A stretch of DNA of 33,199 nt from Patescibacteria group bacterium (lineage in GTDB: Bacteria > Patescibacteriota > Minisyncoccia > Phycocordibacterales > GWA1-40-21). The position numbers and the translations under genes are program-made. The stretch is from positions 6,696 to 39,894 of the forward strand of contig JBBUED010000033.1 of assembly GCA_038078215.1 (NCBI GenBank), read 5' to 3'. Shown here piece by piece: positions 1 through 6,336 of this stretch; the first letter of the stretch is position 1; every line of letters begins with the position of its first letter. A model generated the notes under the pieces. The model worked only from the letters and a program-made list of their open reading frames with translations, did no database searches and had not been told where the DNA came from.

Positions 1-37
1 AAAAAACTTGTGGACACTCGGTGTCCACAAGTTTTTA
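1..37. terminator. Bidirectional intrinsic-terminator-like hairpin
   Basis: An A-run (1-6) precedes a perfect 11-bp stem CTTGTGGACAC/GTGTCCACAAG (7-17 with 21-31) with a 3-nt loop. A T-run follows at 32-36. Confidence 0.55.
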
Positions 38-110
38 TTTGCTTGATTTTAGGTTTATGAGATGGAATAATTACTACAAATGATGTTCTTTGGTCATTCT
101 ATCTAACTTT

Positions 111-285
111 GAATTACGAAACTCTTACTCGACGGGCTATTTTGAGGGTACGGATTTTTTGAAGCTTAAAAAATCCTGAAATTCTCGTCCCTCACCAGTT
201 TTGATTTTAGAAATTTCCACTTCCAAAACTGGTGAGGGACTCAAAACCCCTTCAAAATAGCCCGCCTCGACGAGTTTCGTAATTC
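111..285. repeat. Palindromic intergenic element, copy A (GAATTACGAAACTC ... GAGTTTCGTAATTC)
   Basis: The 14-bp terminal inverted repeats are perfect (111-124 / 272-285). An outer stem pairs 133-148 with 248-264 (one bulge). Inner hairpin 1 is GGATTTTTT/AAAAAATCC (152-160/168-176). Inner hairpin 2 is a perfect 17-bp stem (187-203/224-240). A 43-nt core (145-187) is identical to copy B. Confidence 0.85.
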
Positions 286-342
286 ATAGTCTCTAAAGTC
301 TTTTAACCCGAATTTTTAACAATTTCTTAGGAGGGGTGCTGA

Positions 343-669
343 ATGAAGATGAAAAGTTCTTTAATATTTTATCTACCGTTTGTGTTTATCGCTTCAATTT
401 ATTTTTTAACATTGAGATCGGAAGGAAAAGCTGAACAACCGAGAAAGATTGGACAGATTCAAAACAATATAAAAAAAATAATTGTCATTGAAACGGAAGA
501 GTTTGAACCGTTCGGAAGAGTTATATGTAAGACTGCTAACGGCAATAGATCTATTTTTACCGATTGGATGAGCGCAAAGGATGCCGTTATCGCAAAGGCA
601 GAGATGGTGGAACGTTATCGTAATAATAGTCTTGAGATATTCATTGAGTACGATAAATATCTATATTAG
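343..669 (+). CDS. Hypothetical small protein with an N-terminal hydrophobic anchor or signal
   Basis: The 108-aa ORF has a strong SD (AGGAGGGG, 329-336) 6 nt before the ATG. It has an N-terminal hydrophobic stretch (LIFYLPFVFIASIYFL) and a hairpin terminator just downstream. No family recognised. Confidence 0.6.
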   Translation: MKMKSSLIFYLPFVFIASIYFLTLRSEGKAEQPRKIGQIQNNIKKIIVIETEEFEPFGRVICKTANGNRSIFTDWMSAKDAVIAKAEMVERYRNNSLEIFIEYDKYLY

Positions 670-684
670 TAGTCTTTTTTGACA

Positions 685-720
685 AGAGGCGTTGTTTGTT
701 TAAACGCCTCTTTCCCTTTT
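685..720 (+). terminator. Intrinsic terminator after the 343-669 ORF
   Basis: A 9-bp stem AGAGGCGTT/AACGCCTCT (685-693 / 703-711) is followed by T-rich sequence TTCCCTTTT. Confidence 0.55.
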
Positions 721-747
721 AAATTTTGTGATATACTTTTTAAAATT

Positions 748-951
748 ATGGAAAATGAAATTTTGAAAAAACTTGAGGAGCAGGCGAGAAAGATTGAGGG
801 AATTTATATTTCCGTGGGAAAAATGAGAAAGTATTTTCTTTGGACTTTGATCACAACCGTGGCATTTGTCGTCTTGCCTCTCGTCGGACTCATGTTCGCA
901 ATTCCGAAATTTTTAAGTACTTATGATATGGCAAGCGGACTAGGATTATAA
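748..951 (+). CDS. Hypothetical small membrane protein (67 aa from the internal ATG)
   Basis: The ORF-track start at 679 lies inside the upstream terminator hairpin, so the in-frame ATG at 748 (MENEILKK...) is preferred. It has a C-terminal TM segment (LWTLITTVAFVVLPLVGLMFAI). No SD and no family recognised. Confidence 0.45.
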   Translation: MENEILKKLEEQARKIEGIYISVGKMRKYFLWTLITTVAFVVLPLVGLMFAIPKFLSTYDMASGLGL

Positions 952-980
952 TTCTTTAGTAATTTATTTTTAATAAAAAT

Positions 981-1421
981 ATGACAAAATTTCAAAAACT
1001 TTCAATTTTAATCCTCCGTCTATCGCTCGGCTTTTTAATGTTCTACGCCGGCATTACGAAAGTGACGGACTCGTCATGGTCGGCGGCCGGATATTTAAAA
1101 GGAGCCAAGGCCGTCGTCCCTTTTTATAATTTTCTTTTAAGTCCTTCGGTTTTGCCCGTCATAAATTTTCTGAACGAATGGGGTCTGACGCTTCTCGGAA
1201 TATCCCTGATATTCGGAGTATTTGTCAGGTTGAGCTCGACTCTTGGAATTGTCTTGATGATTCTCTATTATCTTCCGATTTCAAAATTTCCTTATGTCGG
1301 AGACCATTCTTATCTTGTTGACGAACATATAATTTATTCCTCCGTTCTTTTACTGCTTATGGCATTCAACGCCGGCAGAATATTCGGCTTTGATGGATGG
1401 TTCTTCAAATTCCGCCGATGA
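981..1421 (+). CDS. DoxX-family integral membrane protein
   Basis: The 146-aa protein has four hydrophobic segments. Its N-terminus (LSILILRLSLGFLMFYAGITKV) is typical of DoxX/DoxD-like proteins. It ends in a TGA stop. Confidence 0.75.
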   Translation: MTKFQKLSILILRLSLGFLMFYAGITKVTDSSWSAAGYLKGAKAVVPFYNFLLSPSVLPVINFLNEWGLTLLGISLIFGVFVRLSSTLGIVLMILYYLPISKFPYVGDHSYLVDEHIIYSSVLLLLMAFNAGRIFGFDGWFFKFRR

Positions 1422-1478
1422 TTGAACTCAAGATATTGACTATATTATTTTTCTGCGAAATAATTTAACAGCTAACTT

Positions 1479-2144
1479 ATGGAAAACAAAATAACAATTC
1501 GCACTGTGGCATTTTGGGGAATATCCGCCTTGGTTCTTGGTGGAATAGTTTTTGGAATGGTAAAAATCGCATCGCGAAATTCTCCAAATAATAAAGAGCC
1601 TTTGTCTTTGGCGGACATACTTACTGAAAGCGACTGGATAAGAGGGAACAAAAACGCGAAAGTTATAATCACCGAATACAGCGACTTTCAGTGTCCGGCC
1701 TGCGCCGCCTATTATGAGCTTGTCAAACAAGTTCATAAAGATTTTGGCGACAATTTGGCGATTGTTTACAGGCATTTTCCGCTCCGACAAATACACGCGA
1801 ACGCGGAGGCGGCCGCTTTGTCCGCCGAAGCCGCGGGCAGGCAGGGCAAGTTTTGGGAAATGCACGATATGATATTTGAAAGCCAAGAAAACTGGAAGGA
1901 CGAGAAAAACGCTCAAGAAATTTTCAGCGAATACGCGGGAAAGTTAGATTTGGATGCGGAACGATTTAAGTTGGATTTGAATTTAAAAGAGTTAAAACAG
2001 AAAGTTGAAGCCGATTATCAGAGCGGAGTTAAAGCCGGAGTGAATCACACGCCGACTTTCTTCTTGAACGGCAAGGAAATCCAAAATCCGCGAAGTTATG
2101 AAGAGTTTAAACAAATCATCAATGACTCTCAATCAGGAAAATAA
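1479..2144 (+). CDS. DsbA-like thiol:disulfide oxidoreductase, membrane-anchored
   Basis: An N-terminal TM anchor precedes a thioredoxin-fold active site FQCPAC. Also present are ...FWEMHD... and a C-terminal GVNHTPTFFLNG (cis-Pro loop region), all typical of the DsbA family. Confidence 0.85.
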   Translation: MENKITIRTVAFWGISALVLGGIVFGMVKIASRNSPNNKEPLSLADILTESDWIRGNKNAKVIITEYSDFQCPACAAYYELVKQVHKDFGDNLAIVYRHFPLRQIHANAEAAALSAEAAGRQGKFWEMHDMIFESQENWKDEKNAQEIFSEYAGKLDLDAERFKLDLNLKELKQKVEADYQSGVKAGVNHTPTFFLNGKEIQNPRSYEEFKQIINDSQSGK

Positions 2145-2280
2145 ATTCGTCTGATTCAATTTTCTTCCGGTGAGCTTTCCTGGATTTTAGATGCCTCATA
2201 ACTCGCTTGTTTTTGGGATTATCGCGTTAAAATTTAGTGGAAAAGTCGTTAGTCAATAAATTAACAATAAATTATTTTTT

Positions 2281-2643
2281 ATGAATAATCAAAAAACCAT
2301 TCAATGGATTTTGAGAATTGCCGTCGCCGGCGAATTTCTCGGTCATGGCGTTCTCGCTTTGCAGGGCAAGAAGGATTGGATAGGGTGGATAAGTGAAATA
2401 ACGGGAGTTCAAAACGAGCTAGCGGTTAAGTTGCTGTTTATTTTTGGAATTATGGATTTGCTGGTGGCGCTCGTTGTTTTGTTTAAACCGATCAAGCCAG
2501 TGCTTCTTTGGGCGACTTTCTGGGGATTTTGGACGGCGCTCGTGCGTCCTATCGTGGGACAACCGATCTGGGATTTTATTGAACGATTCGCAAACTGGGG
2601 CGCTCCATTGGCTCTGTATTTCATCTTGCGTTCAAAAAATTAA
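2281..2643 (+). CDS. Hypothetical 4-TM membrane protein (possibly DoxX-like)
   Basis: The 120-aa protein has four hydrophobic segments. The family assignment is tentative and rests only on size, topology and position in the redox cluster. Confidence 0.55.
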   Translation: MNNQKTIQWILRIAVAGEFLGHGVLALQGKKDWIGWISEITGVQNELAVKLLFIFGIMDLLVALVVLFKPIKPVLLWATFWGFWTALVRPIVGQPIWDFIERFANWGAPLALYFILRSKN

Positions 2644-2683
2644 ATTTAGTTAATTATAATTATTTTAAATTAATACATTAAAT

Positions 2684-3211
2684 ATGGTTAAAGTTGGAGA
2701 AAAAGCGCCGGAATTTTCAAATGTTGCCGCTTATCAAAAGAGAAGCGACTTCCCGAAAAAAATTTCTTTTTACGATTACAAGGACAAATGGCTGGTTCTG
2801 TTTTTTTACCCTCGCGACTTTACTTTTATCTGTCCCACGGAGATAAAGGAATTCAGCCGTTTAGAGAAAGAATTCAAAAATTTGAATTGCGAAATTCTAG
2901 CTTGCTCAACTGACAGCGAGTGGTCGCACAAGAATTGGTTTGAAAGAGATTTAAAAGAGGTGCGATATCCGGTGCTGGCCGATACGACGCAGGATATTTC
3001 CCGTTCTTATAATGCGCTTGGAAAAGACGGCGCGGCGCAGAGAGGAACTTTTATCATTGACCCGGAAGGTATTCTTCGCTGGATGATGGTTTCCGATAAT
3101 TCCGTCGGCCGTTCCGTCAAAGAAACTCTGCGGGCGGTTAAGGCGCTTCAGACCGGCGAGCTCTGTCCGGTGGAATGGGAGCCAGGCGATGAATTTCTTA
3201 AAAAGCCCTAA
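2684..3211 (+). CDS. Peroxiredoxin (typical 2-Cys, AhpC/TSA family)
   Basis: It carries the peroxidatic-Cys motif FYPRDFTFICPTE and a C-terminal resolving-Cys context GELCPVEW. Confidence 0.9.
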   Translation: MVKVGEKAPEFSNVAAYQKRSDFPKKISFYDYKDKWLVLFFYPRDFTFICPTEIKEFSRLEKEFKNLNCEILACSTDSEWSHKNWFERDLKEVRYPVLADTTQDISRSYNALGKDGAAQRGTFIIDPEGILRWMMVSDNSVGRSVKETLRAVKALQTGELCPVEWEPGDEFLKKP

Positions 3212-3228
3212 AAACCTTTATGAAATCG

Positions 3229-3257
3229 CTTGGTACTCCGACTACCAAGTTGTTTTT
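3229..3257 (+). terminator. Terminator hairpin of the peroxiredoxin gene; a copy of the CTTGGTACTCCGACTACCAAG repeat
   Basis: A 7-bp stem CTTGGTA/TACCAAG with loop CTCCGAC (3229-3249) is followed by TTGTTTTT. The same 21-mer occurs twice at 5475-5518. Confidence 0.65.
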
Positions 3258-3303
3258 GGTTCTGATATCCAAAGGTTTTAAATTTCTATTGGTTTGTTTT
3301 TGC

Positions 3304-3331
3304 TTGACATCGCGTATTAAGGGTTTAAAAT
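3304..3331 (+). promoter_or_regulatory. Sigma-70-type promoter candidate
   Basis: TTGACA (3304-3309), a 16-nt spacer, then TAAAAT (3326-3331). This implies a leader of about 180 nt before the ATG at 3519. Confidence 0.5.
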
Positions 3332-3518
3332 TTAAGCAGATTAAGGAGGTCATTGAAACCAACCAAAATCGCTTGTTTGCGGCAGTAGAACAATAATTAA
3401 GGCCGAATATGTTCTGGGCTAAAATTATCGTTTTATCCGCAGGGATTTTGTTAATATAAAGGGGGCGTTAAATAGTTTTTAATTCTTTATTTTCACCCAA
3501 TGAAAGGGGGTGAGCAAG

Positions 3519-3902
3519 ATGGAAAGCATAACTCCGTTGAGCACCACAAAGATAGCGAACATCAAATTAGCCTTAAGAAAAATTGATGAAGCGCTTAAGA
3601 CGCTGAAGGACGCTTTTAAAATAGAAGATCTTTCTGAAAATCAGGCAGAAATGCTTAGCCAAATTGTTGATTTGTGCAGCAAAGAAATGGAAGGATTTGA
3701 CTCTTTGCCTTTTAAAAAGAAAGTCATAGTGATGTCTAATTTTTCCGTTCACTGCGCAGCCGTTGTGCTTAATTTGTTGCATAGGACATCGACTGAAAAT
3801 ATGGATAGCATAATGGCTGGTATGAAAGATGTTTTTGAAAAAAGCGGTTTGAAAGTGAGCGGTAAAGATTCAAGTAGGAATTTTTTATCAGTAGTAGCTT
3901 AA
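3519..3902 (+). CDS. Hypothetical protein (127 aa from the ATG)
   Basis: The ORF-track start is GTG at 3510, but the in-frame ATG at 3519 sits 8 nt after the SD-like AAGGGGG (3504-3510). The protein is predicted to be mostly helical. No family recognised. Confidence 0.6.
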   Translation: MESITPLSTTKIANIKLALRKIDEALKTLKDAFKIEDLSENQAEMLSQIVDLCSKEMEGFDSLPFKKKVIVMSNFSVHCAAVVLNLLHRTSTENMDSIMAGMKDVFEKSGLKVSGKDSSRNFLSVVA

Positions 3903-3924
3903 TTCGTATATAATCGCCCTCCCA

Positions 3925-3958
3925 AATAGGGAACTTTTTTAAAAGTTCCCTATTTTTT
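3925..3958 (+). terminator. Intrinsic terminator
   Basis: A perfect 14-bp stem AATAGGGAACTTTT/AAAAGTTCCCTATT (3925-3938 / 3941-3954) is followed by a T-run. Confidence 0.75.
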
Positions 3959-3974
3959 ATGCTAAAATGCGCTT

Positions 3975-4856
3975 ATGAAGAAATTCTTGATTTTCGTTAT
4001 TGTTTTTGCTCCTCTTGCCGCTTTTGGATTTTATTTCTTGAATAAAGCAAAGGTCGCTATCTCAACATTGACGGAGGTATCTGATTATATAAGCGCGACA
4101 TCCACCCGAAAAATTATTCAAAAAGTGGAAGAAAAAGTAGCGGAACTGCCGCCTGTTTTAAGCCGGAAAGATTATCAGGAATCTCTTCTTTCAGTCGGCG
4201 GAATATTTGATTTTACGAACAGACAAAGAAAGGCAAATGGGTCCCTGCCGTCATTATCCCAAAATTCAAAACTCAATCAAATCGCCGGTTTAAGAATTAA
4301 AGATATGTTTGAGAAAGAATACTTTGAACATAAATCGCCCTCTGGCGCAGGAGCGTCGGACATCGCTTATGATGTCGGATACGAATTCATTTTGATTGGC
4401 GAAAATATCGCTTTGGGAAATTTTGAGGGTGACGAAGCTCTCGTCCAAGCATGGATGGACAGTCTCGGCCACAGAGCTAACATTTTGAACAGTCGGTATA
4501 CGGAAATAGGCATAGCGGCGGAAAGGGGGTTATACAAAGGCAAAAAGGTCTGGCTGGCTGTTCAGATTTTCGGACGGCCTTTGAATCTTTGCAATGAGCC
4601 GGATTATTCGCTTACGAAATCAATAAGCGAGAGCGAAGAAAGGATTAACTTGCTCAATATAAAAGCCAAGGCCTATTATTTTGAGATAGAATCAATGAAA
4701 GCAGTGAACACAGAAGCCGCTGAAGAATACAATAAAAAAGTCGGACAATATAATGAAGTCGTCAGGCAGATAAAAATTTTGAACAGTGAATTAAAAAGTT
4801 CTATTGATAAATACAATAATCAAGTGAAAGTTTTTAACGCCTGCATAGAGAAGTGA
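3975..4856 (+). CDS. CAP/SCP (PR-1-like) domain protein with an N-terminal anchor and a C-terminal coiled-coil tail
   Basis: An N-terminal TM segment precedes a core (GENIALGNFEGDEALVQAWMDSLGHRANILNSRYTEIGIA) typical of bacterial CAP/SCP (YkwD-like) domains. The C-terminal ~90 aa is heptad-like and K/E-rich. Confidence 0.75.
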   Translation: MKKFLIFVIVFAPLAAFGFYFLNKAKVAISTLTEVSDYISATSTRKIIQKVEEKVAELPPVLSRKDYQESLLSVGGIFDFTNRQRKANGSLPSLSQNSKLNQIAGLRIKDMFEKEYFEHKSPSGAGASDIAYDVGYEFILIGENIALGNFEGDEALVQAWMDSLGHRANILNSRYTEIGIAAERGLYKGKKVWLAVQIFGRPLNLCNEPDYSLTKSISESEERINLLNIKAKAYYFEIESMKAVNTEAAEEYNKKVGQYNEVVRQIKILNSELKSSIDKYNNQVKVFNACIEK

Positions 4857-4892
4857 CAACTGGATATTTTGGAATTAAGCATGAATTACTTT

Positions 4893-5026
4893 GAATTACG
4901 AAACTCTTTATTCAGCGCGTCATTTTAAGGGTACGGATTTTTTGAAGCTTAAAAAATCCTGAAATTCTCGCGCCGCCGCGCTCGAAACCCCCTTAAAATG
5001 ACGCGCCTCAACGAGTTTCGTAATTC
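4893..5026. repeat. Palindromic intergenic element, copy B
   Basis: It has the same 14-bp termini as copy A (4893-4906 / 5013-5026). A perfect 17-bp outer stem pairs 4915-4931 with 4990-5006. The 43-nt core 4928-4970 is identical to A 145-187. A short GC hairpin replaces A's 17-bp hairpin. Confidence 0.85.
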
Positions 5027-5034
5027 AAAATTGT

Positions 5035-5370
5035 TTAAGACCTAATCATCGTTAAAAGCATTTTGAATCTTATGTTTGCCTTTACGGAGTGCGGCTCGCC
5101 GGCTGGCATAATTATCATTTCTCCTTTTTTGAGATTATGATTTTTCCCCGAAAGTTTTATTTCAGCTTCTCCATCCAAGACGTGCAAGACGGCCTCGTAG
5201 GGAGCCGTATGCTCGCTCAATCCTTCGCTCTCATCAAAAGCGAATATCGTGATGCTGCCGTTAGCTTTCTTAAGAATCTCTCGGCTGACCACTGAACCGT
5301 TTTGATAATCTATTAAGTTAGTCAAGCTGATTGTCTGCCCCGAAAGATTTTTTGATATTTTATTTTCCAT
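5035..5370 (-). CDS. Cupin-domain protein
   Basis: The 111-aa protein has the cupin_2-like pattern ...LSEHTAPYEAVLHVLDGEAEI...GEMIIMPAGEPHSVKA. Confidence 0.75.
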   Translation of the reverse strand: MENKISKNLSGQTISLTNLIDYQNGSVVSREILKKANGSITIFAFDESEGLSEHTAPYEAVLHVLDGEAEIKLSGKNHNLKKGEMIIMPAGEPHSVKANIRFKMLLTMIRS

Positions 5371-5474
5371 TTTTTTTGTTTAATGATAATGACGGGCTAC
5401 TGATAACAGATAAAATTTATCAGTTATCATTTTTAAATACAATCCAAAATCCAAATCCGTGGCGCTTACTGCCA

Positions 5475-5518
5475 CTTGGTACTCCGACTACCAAGTGCTT
5501 GGTAGTCGGAGTACCAAG
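5475..5518. repeat. 44-bp near-perfect palindrome made of two inverted CTTGGTACTCCGACTACCAAG units
   Basis: 5475-5495 and 5498-5518 are exact reverse complements separated by TG. Each 21-mer is itself a 7-bp-stem hairpin. The palindrome lies in the divergent cupin/DedA intergenic region. Confidence 0.85.
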
Positions 5519-5575
5519 TCATTTGATAATACGGTCAGATTTTGTAGCAATGGGAATTTCGTGTAGAATTGGTTG

Positions 5576-6169
5576 ATGTCGCTTATTTCATTCATAGATT
5601 CTTACGGCTATTTCGCTGTTTTTTTGGGGGGGATATTTGAGGGAGAAGCGGTTTTGGTTTTGGGAGGACTCGCGGCGTACGGAGGTTTTTTGAATCTTCC
5701 CCTCGTCTTTTTCTTCGCGCTTATCGGCGCTATGGCGAGCGACTGGGCTTGGTTTTTCGTTGGAAGGCATAAAGGCAATAAAGTGATTGAAAGATGGCCC
5801 AAATTAAAAAATCTTATGCTGAAACCGCAAAGGCACATTGACAAAAGAGCCGCCTTCATTTCTTTCACGCTTCGCTTTATGTACGGATTTAGAACCGTCG
5901 TCCCTTTAAGCCTCGGCATGTCAACAATAAAGACGCCAGTTTTTCTTTTCTTCAACACGCTGGGGTCGATGCTTTGGGTTTCGGTTATCGGAACTTCAGG
6001 TTATTTTTTCGGCGATATTTTGGAAATATTTCTGGGGAAGTTAAAACATTACGAATTCAAGATTATTATTTCCACATTCATCGGAGCAATGGCGATATAC
6101 GGGATTTATATGCTGGCTAAATATTTATTAAGAAAGTCGCTACGGAGCGGAAACGGCTTGACAAAATGA
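5576..6169 (+). CDS. DedA-family (SNARE-associated) membrane protein
   Basis: The N-terminus (SYGYFAVFLGGIFEGEAVLVLGG) and ...GRHKGNKVIERWPK... are typical of DedA. I used the ATG at 5576 rather than the track's TTG at 5573. Confidence 0.8.
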   Translation: MSLISFIDSYGYFAVFLGGIFEGEAVLVLGGLAAYGGFLNLPLVFFFALIGAMASDWAWFFVGRHKGNKVIERWPKLKNLMLKPQRHIDKRAAFISFTLRFMYGFRTVVPLSLGMSTIKTPVFLFFNTLGSMLWVSVIGTSGYFFGDILEIFLGKLKHYEFKIIISTFIGAMAIYGIYMLAKYLLRKSLRSGNGLTK

Positions 6170-6185
6170 AAGGCTTGTCTATACT
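6158..6185 (+). promoter_or_regulatory. Sigma-70-type promoter candidate for rpoB
   Basis: TTGACA (6158-6163), a 16-nt spacer, then TATACT (6180-6185). It overlaps the 3' end of the DedA gene and lies about 150 nt upstream of the rpoB ATG. Confidence 0.55.
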
Positions 6186-6291
6186 ATTTAAATAATTGCA
6201 AGATTGAGTTATTGCGTCAGAGCAATTTTTCATAATAATAAGAAGCATATCTTGCTTTGCATACAGAAATAATTTAAAAGATTATTGTTAA

Positions 6292-6316
6292 TGCCTTTGG
6301 CAAAAGGCAGTTTTTT
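6292..6316 (+). terminator. Terminator-like hairpin in the rpoB leader (possible attenuator)
   Basis: A 7-bp stem TGCCTTT/AAAGGCA (6292-6298 / 6303-6309) with loop GGCA is followed by GTTTTTT (6310-6316). It sits 20 nt before the rpoB ATG. Confidence 0.45.
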
Positions 6317-6336
6317 CGTTTATTAATTTTAAAAAT

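Noticed and set aside
679-747. Upstream alternative starts proposed by the ORF track (TTG 679, GTG 3510, TTG 5573, TTG 15244).
   Set aside because: In each case an in-frame ATG follows closely. The extension would include a terminator hairpin (679), the SD itself (3510) or the arm of repeat C (15244).
1440-1916. 158-aa and 66-aa - strand ORFs overlapping the DsbA-like gene.
   Set aside because: They are antisense to a gene with a clear thioredoxin-fold active site. Their basic, Arg-rich composition is typical of antisense translation.
5331-5576. 81-aa + strand ORF spanning the cupin/DedA spacer.
   Set aside because: It starts inside the cupin gene on the opposite strand and reads through the 44-bp palindrome. 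It has no start context.
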